A stretch of 64,000 nucleotides of DNA from Octopus vulgaris (GCA_951406725.2 OX597841.1:20088001-20152000); one strand, 5' to 3'. Shown: positions 12,023 through 25,320, counted from the first letter of the stretch. The notes: generated from the sequence alone by a model not told the origin. Numbers and translations: made by a program.

Positions 12023-14139
12023 GGTGTGAGAGGATGGTTAAGAAATAGTTAATTTAGATAAGATACGAAATAGAGAGTAAAGTGGAGGAATGAAAATAGA
12101 TGTGAGATATGTAGGGATATTGCATTTGTAGATCCATTACTAAGGCTGAATGGTATATATGTAAGATTCCAATAACTTGTGAATGAAATCCAACAGTATT
12201 TAAAATTGGTCATTCCAAGTATAGAGTTTGTACCCAGTGCTATTGAATCAGGGGTCTTATTTAAGGTGACCTAAAAGTAGGGAATGTATTGGTAGGGTCA
12301 AATCGAAAAGAGGAAGAGGGGATTAAAGAAAAGAAAAGAAAAAAGAAGAAAAAAGAAAAGAAAAAACAGGAAGAGAGGAATAGGGAAAAGAAAAAAGAAA
12401 AACAAGGAGAGAAATAATAAGGGAAAGTGTAGCAGTTAGGGGTCAGTGGAGATAATTTGAAAGTAGGAATGGGGAGAGGAGGGTGATAGATAGAGAAAGA
12501 TATTAGAAGGAATAGGGGGTGATAGAACGAGAGAGAGGTATAAACAGTAAAGGAGTGTCAGTTATGTAGCGATAGAGTCGAAGTGATGGGGCAAAGAGAG
12601 AGAGAGGGGGGTAGTAGTATGGAATGAAGAATTTGAGAATATAGATTAGGTGGTTGGACAGGTCAATACTTAGTAGTAGAAGAAAATATATGTGAAGATG
12701 TATACATATGTATATATTAGACATGTATGTATATATTTATACAGGTATTTATACATATCAATATCTACATATGCAACTCGTACTCATGTGTTGGTTTGTT
12801 ACAGAATAAGTACCAGGCTTAGAAAAATAAATTTAATTTGTTCAATTAAAAATTCTTCAAGGTGGTGCTCCAGCATGGCTGCTGTCTAATGACTGAAACA
12901 AGTAAAAAAAATAAAAGAATAAATTTATATCCCAAACAGAACCTTATCCCTGTAACATTCAGATTCTTCTGTCAAATGTTCCGCTTTTTCGTTCAAGTAA
13001 TTTTGAATTAATCAGGCATTATTTTGTAGCTTTGGAATCCTAATGATGTGATTGTATATTTTAAAATGGTATTGAAGGGTAGGTGTGATAGGCTGGATCT
13101 GGTTGGTAAGAACAAAAAACAGATAGCTGGGTATGGCCGGTTTAACTCTTTAACATTTAAACCAGATATCCGACCTGAATATTCTACCTGCATTGAGCTG
13201 AAACCAGCTAGATCTGGCTTGTCACATCTACCCTACAATGTCCTTCTAAAAGTAAACAATCACAACATCAAAACCTCGAAGCTACAAGACAATGTGAATA
13301 AATAAGCATTACATTTGACAGAGTAATCTGAATGCTAACGAGGTCAAAATTAAAGGGTCAAGCTAAATTCATTACTATCACTAAGCCGCCTCTTCCTTAG
13401 TCTTTTCAGCATCATTTCTATGCTCTTAAATACCAGTTTGCTGCTATAAGAATTGCATTTTTCCACACCTGATGAGGAAATTCAACACTTCATTGCCTTC
13501 AACTTGAATATATTAATGTTTTATGGTTATGCATTGATAATAATTTCTACTGCTTTGATGTGTATAACTGTATCAGTATGCACACATCAAGATCCCTTAA
13601 CCGATGCAGCCAGTCATTGGGGTGTCACTCTAGATGCTTTCATAATTAGCCTTTGCCACTGGGCCCTGTTCTCTGTCATGCATAGCAGTTTTGCCGTGTT
13701 GTGACCTGTCCAGTCCTTGATGTTGTCAAACCAGCATTTTCTGTCTGCCTCCCTTTCACCCTACCTCCACTGTGCTCTGAAGAAGAACAGTTTTGGACAG
13801 GGAGTTGTGGTGGGATACATGACCATACAAACAAGCCTCCATCTATTTACCTGCACAAGGAGGGGTCCCTGTGTGCCAGCGCATTTGCTGACTCGCTGCC
13901 TCACAAAGCTGTCCATTTTGTGCTGTGTACGGGATGTGACATAAAAGCTTTCCAAAGCACAGCCTGGCAACTGCTGCTGCTGCTCATAGGAAAAACTAAA
14001 TGAAGGACCAAACACTTGCAGAGGAGAAACTGTTAAAGAGATGATAATGAAATTGGCAGACAACACAACCATCAGCAGGATCATCACCACCACCACCACC
14101 ACCACCATCATCACAATCGTCATCAGTATTACCTATCTT

Positions 14140-14350
14140 TTTTTTTTTTACTACCCACAAAGGGCTAAACACAGAGGGGACAAACAAGGACAGACAAACG
14201 GATTAAGTACATAACTGGTACTTATTTAATCGACCTCGAAAGGATGAAAGGCAAAGTCGACCTCGGTGGAATTTGAACTCAGAACATAGCGGCTGACGAA
14301 ATACGGCTAGGCATTTCGCTTGGCTTGCTAACGTTTCTGCCAGCTGGCCA
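14140..14350 (-). mobile_element. Third SINE family
   Basis: gagttcaaattc..gaggtcgactttgcctttcatcctttc body recurs at ~24385-24520, 34519-34735 and 49555-49780. Confidence 0.75.
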
Positions 14351-14379
14351 CCACAAGTGGTCATCAGCACCAGCATCAC

Positions 14380-14620
14380 CACAGTCATCACCACAGTCAG
14401 CATCATCAACACTAATCAATGGTAGCAGACCAACACAATCATCAACACCACCACCATCAGCACTCCATCAACACCACCACCATCAGCACTCCATCAACAC
14501 CACCACCATCAGCACTCCATCAACACCACCACCATCAGCACTCCATTCACACCACCACCATCAGCACTCCATCAACACCACCACTAATATCAAAGCTGCC
14601 ACCACCACCACCACCACTGG

Positions 14621-14650
<30 letters not shown>
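14380..14650 (+). repeat. (CAT/CAC)n microsatellite with a 27-bp tandem unit
   Basis: catcaacaccaccaccatcagcactc repeated about 4-5 times. One of many simple repeats ((TA)n, (CA)n, (CAT)n, (AAT)n at 23040-23130, (GA)n) that generate the spurious ORFs. Confidence 0.9.
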
Positions 14651-14653
<3 letters not shown>

Positions 14654-14664
14654 GAAAAACTTAC

Positions 14665-14786
14665 AATGTCTCTTCGTCGTCTACTTTCACAATAATCTTT
14701 GGTTGACCGAAGTCCTTCCAGGCAGCAAGCAGTTTGGGGTTTTTCCGTTGCAGTCGCTCAAAGGCCTGTACGGCTGCATGACAACA
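14665..14786 (-). CDS. PTRH2: PTRH2 coding exon 3
   Basis: CCHAAVQAFERLQRKNPKLLAAWKDFGQPKIIVKVDDEET(L) matches the Pth2 CxHAA...W...GQPKxVxK motifs. ctag acceptor, GTAAG donor, phase 0/2. Confidence 0.95.
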
Positions 14787-15159
14787 CTAGCGAGGAAAAG
14801 AGAAGAATTGAATATTAAGATGGAGAATTAGCAAGGAGTGTGTACATGTGTTTATAATCAAAGAAACTGACCCCTATCCACTGTCTTTGGTGCTTAAGCA
14901 CCATCTGAGTGTGACTGGTGCCAGTGCCACCTGACTGACTCTCGTGCCAGTGGCACGTAAAAAGCACCCACTACACTCTCAGAGTGGTTGGCATTAAGAA
15001 GGGCATCCAGCTGTAGAAACCTTGCCAGATCAGATTGGAGCCTGGTGCAGCCTCCCGGCCTGCCAGGCCTCAGTCAAACCATCCAACCCATGCCAGCATG
15101 GAAAATGGACATTAAATGACAATGATGACAATGATTATGATTATAGCTCTGAAAAAATA

Positions 15160-15325
15160 ACTTTTAAAATCGAAATGGACTCTTCAGAACTTGCACTAAG
15201 AATAAGCACAAGGTAAAATTATAACCTGCTTTTATAGCAACTTAATGCCGGGAGCTTAACCTGTCCCCTCTAACTTTTACTTCATGCAATTGAAAAAACC
15301 GTATTATTTATGGGATGACCCAATA
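15160..15325. mobile_element. End of a second mariner-type element abutting the first
   Basis: Reverse complement reads TA-TTGGGTCATCCCATAAATAATACGG, a mariner-like TIR. Left boundary approximate. Confidence 0.4.
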
Positions 15326-15327
15326 TA

Positions 15328-16549
15328 TCAGGCTGAGTAAAAAGTAAGCAACGTTTTGAAACATGGAATTCATCAGAATATATTTCAACAATGCAGAAAT
15401 TTTATCCATCAAGGTAAGTACCATTACAATCAACATATTTTTGCCAATGAGTTACAAGTTTGTTTATTCTGGTAACATAAAAATCTGGTGTCCTGGAGCT
15501 GATGAACTCTTTGAACACACATTCAGCATCACTTTGATTTTTGAACTCCTTCTCTCGCATGAAACCATCAAGGTACCTGAAAAATTGGTAGTCAGTAGGA
15601 GAAAGGTCTGAGGAATAAGTTGGGTGGGGAAGAACTTTGTTGCCAAGTTCCTTCAACTTCTGGAGCGTCATTAGTGAAACGTGTGGTTGAGCATTGTCAT
15701 GAAGAATTATTGGCCCCCTTCTGTTGACCAGTCTGGGATGGAGGAGTAGCAGTTTTTCATTCATTTTGGCAATTTCACGATAATGTGTTTCTGCAATAAT
15801 GGTTTTTCTGGGTTTTAAGAAGTTCTAGTGGATGCGCCCGGGAAGGTTTTCAGTGCTTCATTTTGGTCCAACCACTGCAAAGAATGTTTTTCGATATTGT
15901 ACAGATTCCACTTTTCATTGCAAGTTACAATACGGTCGAGAAATGGATCTGTTTGGTTATAGAGAAGAAGTGACAAACAAATTTCATATCTGTGCATTTT
16001 CTGATTTTCATTCAAATCGTGTGGTACCCATTTGTCGAGCTTTTTTGATTTTCTGATCGCATGTAAATGGTTACAAGCAGTTTTCTGGTTAACTTGAAAT
16101 TCTTTTGCCAGTTCTCGAGTGGTTTTATGTGGATTTTTCTCAATGATGGTCTTTAATTGACCGTCATCAATGACAGGTATGGTGTCCACTATGCTCATGA
16201 TCTTCAAGGCTCAGGTCTCCACTGAGAAATCATTTAAAACCATTTTCGAGCTGACCATTCACTGGTCATTTCCTCACCAAATGTTTCGTTGATATCATGA
16301 ACAGCTTCAGCTGCTTTACGTCCCTTCTTGAAGTTGAATAGCAAAACTGCTTGAATATTGCACTTTGACATTTCCATTTCAGATGATTGTAACAATGGTG
16401 TAAAAAACATCAATGTTAATTTATTGATGCATTTGGGTAAGTCTATGCCTGTATTATCAAACAATGTTTGAAAACAATTCAAAACTTTGCAAAAATCCGG
16501 TACAAATTCTTCATAGTTCAAAACAATGGTTACTCTTTACTCAACCTGA
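15328..16549 (-). mobile_element. Full-length decayed mariner (Tc1/mariner) transposon
   Basis: TIRs TCAGG(C/T)TGAGTAAA..GTAA flanked by TA. Frameshifted transposase with WVPHDL, DRIVTCNEKW, ILHDNAQPH and HPTYSSDLSPTDY motifs. Confidence 0.95.
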
Positions 16550-17333
16550 TATCTACAACAGGATTCTTTCAGTTTCCGTCAAACATATTCACTCAAAAGA
16601 CTTTGGTTGGCCTGTGGCTATAGTAGAAGTCACCTGCCCAAGGTATCACACAGTAGAACTGAACCTGGAACTATGTGGTTGGAAGACAAGCTTCTTACCA
16701 AACAACCACATCTGGTGGATCTGAACTATTTCAGCAGACAAACTTGTTGAATCAATGATGAATATTTCTGACAGAATGAACAAATAGCAAACTGCCAACA
16801 ACCAGGATCAACCAGTTCAATTAGTGATTTCCTGCAAACATCTGGAGCCATGCTGTGAGCAGATGAGACATCCAGCAAGCGAAAGAGCCCAATGTGACTT
16901 CCTATTGGCCAGGCAAGTCACCTGACCAGATGATAATCTTTATCATTTAATTTCTTTTACTTGTTTCAGTCAATTAGATTGTGGCCATGCTGGAGTACCA
17001 CCTTGAAGAATTTTTTAGTCAAACAAATCAGCCCCAGTACAATTTTTATATTTTTTATTTCAAGCCTAGAACTCATTTTATTGGTCTCTTTTACTGAACT
17101 GCTAAGTTACAGAGATGTAAATACACCAACATCAGTTATCAAACAATGGTGAGGGACAAACACACACACCTAAGAGGATTCTTTCAGTTTCCATTTACCA
17201 AATCCACTCACAAGGCTTTGGTTGGTCTGGGGCTATAGTAGTAGACATTTGCCCAAGGTACCACACAGTGGAACTGAACCCAGAACCTGTAGTTCAGAAG
17301 CAAGCTTCTTACTACACAGCCGTGCCTGTGCCT

Positions 17334-18228
17334 ATTTCTCATTGTGTTCCACGTTTTTTTATGTCCTGTACCCATATATGCATGTATATATACATATATA
17401 TATGTATGTATATATGCATATATTTATATATTATTTATATATTATTATATGATCAAACGCCACGCATCCTTTTCCAAGTAAGTTTTATCCTAATAATTAT
17501 GATGCGCACTCTTCTCCTTTACTATTTCTCCTGTCTGTCTCTCTCCCCCTCTTGTTCTTCATCCTTTCTCTCCCTCCCTTCCCTATTCTTCTCCTCTCCC
17601 CTTCACCGTTCCCTCTCTCTTACTCCTCCTCCTCCTCCTCCTCGACTCTCTCATCACTGCCACGTGATCAGAGGGAAGCCATCTTTCCAACTGCTATCTT
17701 CACCAAGACCAGACCTGCTTATCCTGTCTCTTTCATAAGTTGTCTCCTTAAGCATTCAGAATCATTTTTCCATCGTCTTGGCTCATCGTTTGTTTTTACT
17801 GTTTTCTTCCCTTTCTTCTGTCTTTTACTGTTTTTACTTTTTTATTGTTTTTACTGTGTTGTTTTGTTCTTTTTGTCCTGTTCTTGTTACCATTTTTACC
17901 CTCTGCAAAAAATCCAAAATTTTATTTAATTTGCTTTGCAGGAAGGATGTTTCAATGACGACACATCTTGTCCTTACCTTCGAAACCCAGAGTAGACAAA
18001 ACAGGGACAACTGAAGAAGGCGAATATTCCTTCTGTTGTATGTCTTGTTCCTCTGTTTTTTATTGTTTGAAAAAAAGAAAAAGTTCATTTCTGTTTTTGC
18101 TTTTATGTTTTCATTTCTCATTGTGTTCAACGTTTTTTTAATGTCTTGTACCCATATATGCATGTATATATACATATATATGTAGGTATGTACATATATG
18201 TATGTACATATGCATATATTATTTATAT

Positions 18229-18240
<12 letters not shown>
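17334..18240 (+). mobile_element. Retrozyme/Penelope-pLTR-like non-coding element with terminal direct repeat and scrambled hammerhead motif
   Basis: atttctcattgtgttc..acgtttttt..atgtc.tgtacccatatatgcatg is repeated at 17334 and 18113. Homologues at 1-600, 690-1490 and 2655-3270. Confidence 0.7.
17948..18022 (+). ncRNA. Candidate pseudoknot-order hammerhead, copy D (stem III decayed)
   Basis: TC-TTGTCC (17966-17973) / CTTC-GAAA (17978-17985) / GGACAA-CTGAAGA-A-GGCG (18005-18022). Confidence 0.45.
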
Positions 18241-18273
<33 letters not shown>

Positions 18274-18737
18274 TATATATATGTATGTATACACACATAT
18301 ATATATATGTATATATGTATATATATATATATACACACATATATATATGTATAAATGTGTATATATATATGTGTGTGTACAAGATTCATCCAGTTTCCGT
18401 CTACCAAATCCACTCACAAGGCTTTGGTCGGCCCAAGACAATAGTTGAAGACACTTGCCCAAGGTGCCACACAGTGGGACTGAACCAGGACCCCTATGGG
18501 TGGAAGCAAGCTTCTTACCACACAGCCACAGCCTAGAATGATCATATAAAAAATATAATAAATAAATTGGTAACTTTTAATGTGTCGTCTGCCACCTCAG
18601 TCATTGAATGCACTGCTCTAAAAGAAAAAGAGAAATAAAGCGGTTGTTAGAAGCCAGCAACTGACTGATTAAGTCAACAGTATTTCTGACCGATAACACT
18701 AGGTAACAAAAGTTTTAGTTTTATTTTTTATGTGGTT

Positions 18738-19200
18738 GGTCAGTAAGTGCTATTTCTTATTCGTTTCTCTCTAGAAATTAAAGGAAATGACTGTTCCCTT
18801 CAAACGTAGCGTTTGCCACCTGGACATCTTTGTTTCAAAATTGACCTATTTTGCATTTCATCTCAGACAAGTTCAGCACTGAGTTGCTGAAGCAGAAATA
18901 TCATTAAGCAAATATTCTGCTCAATGCAACCCATTTGCTTGTCAACTGCTAAAACCCTAACCCCTTGAGCATGTCCCTTAATGGCTGACAATGTGTGTAT
19001 CTTTGATGATGAGCAGGTGTCATTGGGGAGCATCACAGCCACGTGTTGAGAGGGATTCTTTGGGGTTTGAATAAATATCATAACAAAAGCAAAGTTTGGA
19101 GAAAATGTTCATACTTTGTAGGGATCAGCAAACAGGGAATAACAATTGCTGCTCCCAAAGGACAAAAATCGTGTAACACAGTGTCATCACAACAAAATAT
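18738..19200 (+). repeat. Unclassified interspersed repeat
   Basis: Clearly homologous to ~62246-62690 (ggtcagtaagtg.tatttc...ctgagttgctgaagcagaaatatc...gtgttgagagggattcttt). Confidence 0.75.
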
Positions 19201-21272
19201 CATCACAAAACTGCTGGGAAATGAGTGTCTAATGGGTCAATCCTTTTAATTATTTGCTGGGCCTTGACTTGTTGGGGAGGGTATTTTTTATTAGAATTTT
19301 GTAATTTGAACATTTTAAGGAGTTATTAAAAAAAAGCACCTTTAACTAAGGAAATATACACCTTTCTTTTTTATATCAACAGGCATGGTTGTGTAGTTAA
19401 AAAGCTTGTTTTGCAACCATAAGGTTTTGGGTTCAGTTCCACTGCATGGCACTTGGGCAAATATCTGTCTTTTACTATAACCCTAAGCAACCAAAGGTGT
19501 GCGAGTGGATTTGGCTGGCAGACACTTGTGTGGAAAGCTGTTTTGTGTATGTATGTGTGTGCGCATGTGTACATGTGAATGCATGTGTGCCTTGGACAAG
19601 TGTCTTCTACGATAGCGTTGGGCCAACCAAAACCTTGTGAGTGAGTTTGGTAGATGGAAACTGAAAGAGCTCATTGTGTGTGTGTGTATATATATATGTG
19701 TGTGTGTGTGTGTGTATCTTTGTGTCTATGTTTGTCTTCCACCACTGCTTGATACCTGGTGTTGGTGTGTTTATGCCTCTATAACTTAGCAGTTTGGCAA
19801 AAGTGATTGATAGAATAAGAGCCAAGCTTAAAAGAAAGTACTGGGGTCGATTCATTCAACTAACAATTCTTCAAGGTGGTGCCCCAGCATGGCTGCAGTC
19901 TAATGACTGAAACAAGTAAAAGATAAAAGATATCTAGAGATACATAAAAGATTTTGTGTTCCCTGAAATACTCACACACACACTCATATGCGTGCACGTA
20001 CACACACATACACATACATACATATGTGCATGCGCACACACAAAACAGTCTTCCACTCAATTTATTCAAACCTATTTTTATATCCCTCAATCTTACACCC
20101 CATTCAGTCAAGCAAGTTGTGTCGTGTGAGTACTTGGCAACCTCACCAGTGCTGGTGCCACAGAAAAAAAAACACCCAATACACACTGTAAAGTGGTTCA
20201 TGTTAGGAAGGACATCCAAGCTGTAGAAACCATGTCAGTGGTTTCATCGATATAATTGTAGTGGGCTTTTGTACCCATGAGTCATTGCTTTAACCAGCTA
20301 CACATGCATCGTATTACTTGACAATGAAAACTCAGGGGTAGAACTTCAGGCATTAAAATAGGTGAAGAATATTTACTAGATTTTTATGTCTTTAGTAAAT
20401 ATAGCTGAATGCCTCTGGAAGGTGGAGACAAGACTCAAATGGTTATATGATACGAACAGGAAAGCGAATCGGTTGAAATTGATAGCTTATACTGGTCAAT
20501 CAATTATGCTAAAAATGTAAACACACCACAACCTACTTTAATTCTTTTGCTCTTTTACTTGTTTCAGTCATTTGACTGCAGCCATGCTGGAGCACTACCT
20601 AAAAGGGTTTTAGTCAAAGAAATTCACCCCAGGACTTATTCTTTGTAAGCTTAGTACTTATTCTATCAGTCTCTTTTACCAAACCGCTAAATTACTGGGA
20701 TATAAACACACCAACATCGGTTGTCAAACGATGGTGGGGGGACAAACAAGGACACAAAGATACACACACATATATACATATACATATATATATGTATATA
20801 ACAGGCTTCTTTCAGTTTCCATCTACTAAATCCTCTCACAAGGCTTTGGTTGACCCGAGACTACAGTAGAAGACACTTGCCCAAGGTGCCATACAGTGGG
20901 ACTGAACCTGGAACCATGTGGCTGGGAAGCAAGCTTCTTACCCCACAGCCACGCCTGTTACCATATTTCTGTTGAAATATAGTTTTTGTTTCATTTAATT
21001 TTGAAAATAATACAGAATTTTTAAAAATAAGCTTGTCGTTATTTTGCTGGTGTTAAGAACATGAATGACTCTGAAATTTTGATGGAAGGTTCCAGTTAAG
21101 ATGATTGTAAAACAGGGAATTTGTATGATAGAACCAAGGGTGGTATTAGGCAGGATGGCATCAAAAGGGTTAATGAAGAGTTTACAGCTCTTACATTTAG
21201 AGTTTCACAACCTCACCTGCAAGACAGGTATATGTCAGAAAGCTCAAGTCAGCTCATATGTTTCACTTCCTT

Positions 21273-21307
<35 letters not shown>

Positions 21308-21380
21308 CACACACATTCTATCAAATTACATTTTCATATCAATGGCTTGTAGGGCCATTGATTAATGATTAATGGGTTGG

Positions 21381-21432
21381 ATGGGTGCTGATGAAGGAGC
21401 GGAAACCCTTGAAATTTGTCATGTAAGCCCAT
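21381..21432 (+). ncRNA. Degenerate type I hammerhead motif
   Basis: ATGGGTG-CTGATGA-AGG...CCTT-GAAA-TTTGTCATG-TA-AGCCCAT; stem III is poor. Confidence 0.45.
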
Positions 21433-22678
21433 TACCCATTTTCCATCTTCAACCTCATTGTTTGTCTACATCTGATGTCTTGGATACAAAATCAGTGCTG
21501 GCCATTCTTTCTATGGAAAACCTGTTGAGACAAGCCTAACAAGTGACTTACATTTTCTTACTATACAAATTCAGATCTTTCACATTTTATTGTTTACCTT
21601 TTGCCAACCTGCTAAGTTACGGGGACATAAACACACCAACACTGGTTGTCAAGCTTGTTTTGCTCATGTCCTCTTTGGTACACTGGATTCTCCAGTGCAT
21701 GGGCCATTGCCGCCACAAAAGTCGGTGTGGTCACATTCCAGGGCTCATCCTGCAGACAGGGCCAAAGCAAGGACCCTCAACAAGAAAATAGTGGGAAAGG
21801 AACAAGTGTCTTGCTGTAGAGGTGAATACATGGCTTGCTCATCCAGACAGAGAGAGTTTGTGTGTCCCCGTCTCCCTTGTCTAGACATCATATGATGGTT
21901 GCAAACAAGCATCAGTCATATAAGTGAGGTTGTTTGCTGACAAAGAAAGCATCTTGGGCAAGTCTCTTCTACTTTAGCCTCAGGATGACCAAAGCCTTGT
22001 GAGTGGATTTGGTAGACAAAAACTGAAAGAAGCCCATCGTTAAAAGCCCCTCTTAGCGTGAGGCATTTATGTATAGCAAAGCCCTTAATATAAATAAATA
22101 TATTTAAAGGGAATAATTAATAATTTTTCCCTTATGAGGTTTTTCATGCTAACTACTTATAAATTCTTATAAAAATTTTATCCTATTTTTAAATTGTAAA
22201 TTTAACCGGAATATATTCAGTGATGAATTTATTCTGATAAACATGTGAAACCGAGATGCAATTCAAAAAAGCCTGCCTCTTCCATGGATACAGAATGAGA
22301 GAACAACTCTGTGTTCTATGCGGGATACATTTGGTGCTTGTCTGCTATGTTGACTTTTTGGTTCGTTTTTTATGTGTCTTGATTATGCATGCACTGATGA
22401 TTAAAAAGTGCATTTTGTGCACTAATTATGAAATCATATGATCTGCAGCTGAATCGGTTTTTAAGGAGCTTGCTTTGAGAGTTGCATTCCCTTGCGTTCG
22501 GCAAAATGTGTTTAGTATGGTAGTTTTTACTTTAAGAGTCCCTCGTAGCGTGTGGCATTTATGTATAGTAAAGCCCTTAATATAAATAAATATATTTAAA
22601 AGGAATAATTAATTTTTCCCTTACGAGGGTTTTCACACTAATTGATAAATTCTAATAAAGATATTATCCTATTTTTAA

Positions 22679-22717
<39 letters not shown>

Positions 22718-23086
22718 CTATGTGTGTGTCCTTGTGTCTGTGATTTTCCTCCACCACATTACTGCTTGACAACCTACATTGGTGTCTTTATGTCCCCGTA
22801 ACTTAGCGGTTTGACAAAAGAGACTAATAGAATAAGTTCTAGCCTTTAAAAAACTAAGTCCTCGGGTCGATTTCTCCAACTAAAACACTTGATGGTAATG
22901 CTCCAGTATGGCCACAGTCAAATGCCTGACACAAGTAAAAGAATAAAAACAAAGATTACATTTAACAGAATAATCGGAATACTAAGAAGTTAAAAGGATC
23001 CAAGTCCTTCTCGAAAATTGCAATTAATTTATGTTCCAACAACAACAACAAAAACAACAACAAACAACAATAACAATAACAATAAC

Positions 23087-23128
<42 letters not shown>

Positions 23129-24978
23129 CACCATCATCATCATGTACACTTTTCCATGCTTGCATTGGAAAACATTGATGTCCAGGTGACAAAAACAAAG
23201 TCACAGCAGACATTTCTTTTGATTTCTGGACAGAAGCAAATAGAAAATAACACTTACTGACCAAAAACGAAAAAAAAATTTTTTATTTTGTTATCCAGAT
23301 TTATGAATGTGATGGTTGGAAAACTGGCAGACAGCGACTGCTTTGAAGGAAAGACTGGCAACTGGCCAAAGCCTTTTTGTGGATGACCCTTCAAGCATTT
23401 TCTCAAGTCTCTTGTTCAGTCAGTATCCATGATGAAGAGTCATAGAGAAGGACCCTGAACAACTATTTCTTTCATTTCTTTTACTTGCTTCAGTCATTTG
23501 ACTGTGGCCATGCTGGAGCACTGCCTTGAAGCTTTTTAGTCAAACAAATCAACTGCAACACTTATTTTTTTAAGTCTAGTACTTACTCTATCGGCCTCTT
23601 TTTTGCAAAATGCTAAGCTATGGGGAAGTAAACACACCAACACCAGTTATCAGGGGGGTGGGGCAAACACAAAGACACACACACACATACATATATATAA
23701 TTGTTAAAGAGATGTTTGCCTTGCCTTAATGTTTGTTGTCCTCTTTAACAATTATATATCTGCCGCATCGGAAATCTGCAATGGCTCCCATAACTATCGT
23801 CTCAGTTATAACCTTGGAGTAATCCATAACAGCACTTACCTGGCGTACCTAATCGTTTAGATCACCTGTGAACTAAACCCCCATACTTTGTGTGTGTGTG
23901 TGTATATACATATATATATATATATATACATATATACACAGTTTCTGTCTACCAAATCCATTCACAAGGCTTTGGTCAGCCCAAGATTACAGCAGAAGAC
24001 AATTGCCCAAGGTGCCACAAAGTGGGACTGAACCTGGAACCATGTGGCTGGGAAGCAAGCTTCTTACCCCACACACCCACCCCTGCACCTTGAAGGATCC
24101 TCTCTTTGGACTTCCAAGAGATCTTCCTTCCTTTTGCCCATCTTTTACCTTTTGTTTTTTACTTCTTTCGGTCATTAGACTGGTCTATTTTGCCGAACTG
24201 CTAAGTAACAGGAATGTAAATAAACCAACACTAGTTATCAAATAGTGGTGGGAGACAAACGCAGACACAAAGACACACACTCATATATACTAGTTGGACC
24301 CATGAAAAATTCACGACAAACATTAAAAATGTAAGCATCTGTAAACGTTGTACTGGTGCCATGAGAAATGTTTGTATATTATGACCGTTCTGAGTTCAAA
24401 TTCTGCCAAGGTCGACTTTGCCTTTCGTCCTTTGGGGCTCGATAAATTAAATACCAGTTGTGTACTGGGGTCGATCTAATCAACTGCTCCCCCTCCCAAC
24501 AAACATTTCAGGCCTAGAAAAGTGTATAGTCACAATTATAGAATATAGAAAGTAATGTAACACCAATGACTATCTAATCCAACCAAAATATCTCAGTTGC
24601 ACAAACATAAACGGAATTACTATTCAACCTTAGAATATGTCGTACGAACTCAAAGAACCTTCTTGGTTGAGTTGTACGGAACGTTTTGCAAGTATTCTTG
24701 TAGTCTTTTACTTCTTTCAATCATTTAGTGAAAGAAATTAATCTCTGGACTTATTCCCTGTAAGCCTGGTGCTTATTCTATCAGTCTCTTCTGCTGAACA
24801 GCTAAGTTACAGAGAGGCAGAATGCACCAACATCGGTGTGAAGTAATGGTGGTGGTGTGGGGACACACATGATGGGCTTCAAAGTGGTAGTGATGCTGGC
24901 TGGGGCGATTTTGTGGTTTGCTGGTCTGTCGAGAGAGATCCACTGCACAATCATATACATACAGACATACACATACCT

Positions 24979-25010
<32 letters not shown>

Positions 25011-25043
25011 TAAGTGTCAGATAGTCCACAATGAAGTTTGCAA

Positions 25044-25081
<38 letters not shown>

Positions 25082-25289
25082 GTTGCTTTGTCACTGACTG
25101 GAATTGTTTTAGTTGTCTTCAAAACTGAAATTGACATCCAATATTTGCTGTGTGTAAGTATCTACTGTCTCTCTCACTCTCTCTCTTTCACTTCCTTTCT
25201 GTCCCTCTTCTCTACCGCTTTGCTACTTTGAAATGTGACACACACCACAGGTACATGCAAAACAAAAGGTTAGTGTATTAATATTATTG

Positions 25290-25320
<31 letters not shown>

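Noticed and set aside
14440-14580. Regularly spaced 27-bp repeats resembling a CRISPR array
   Set aside because: No unique spacers; microsatellite-derived minisatellite in eukaryotic DNA.
17478-17941. Intron inside the retrozyme-like unit (AA|GTAAGT ... TTTGCAG|GAAGG), as in Penelope pLTRs
   Set aside because: The donor-like motif recurs (739, 17478), but the apparent acceptor is one arm of a covarying hairpin and is TTATGG in copy B. Not supported without RNA data.
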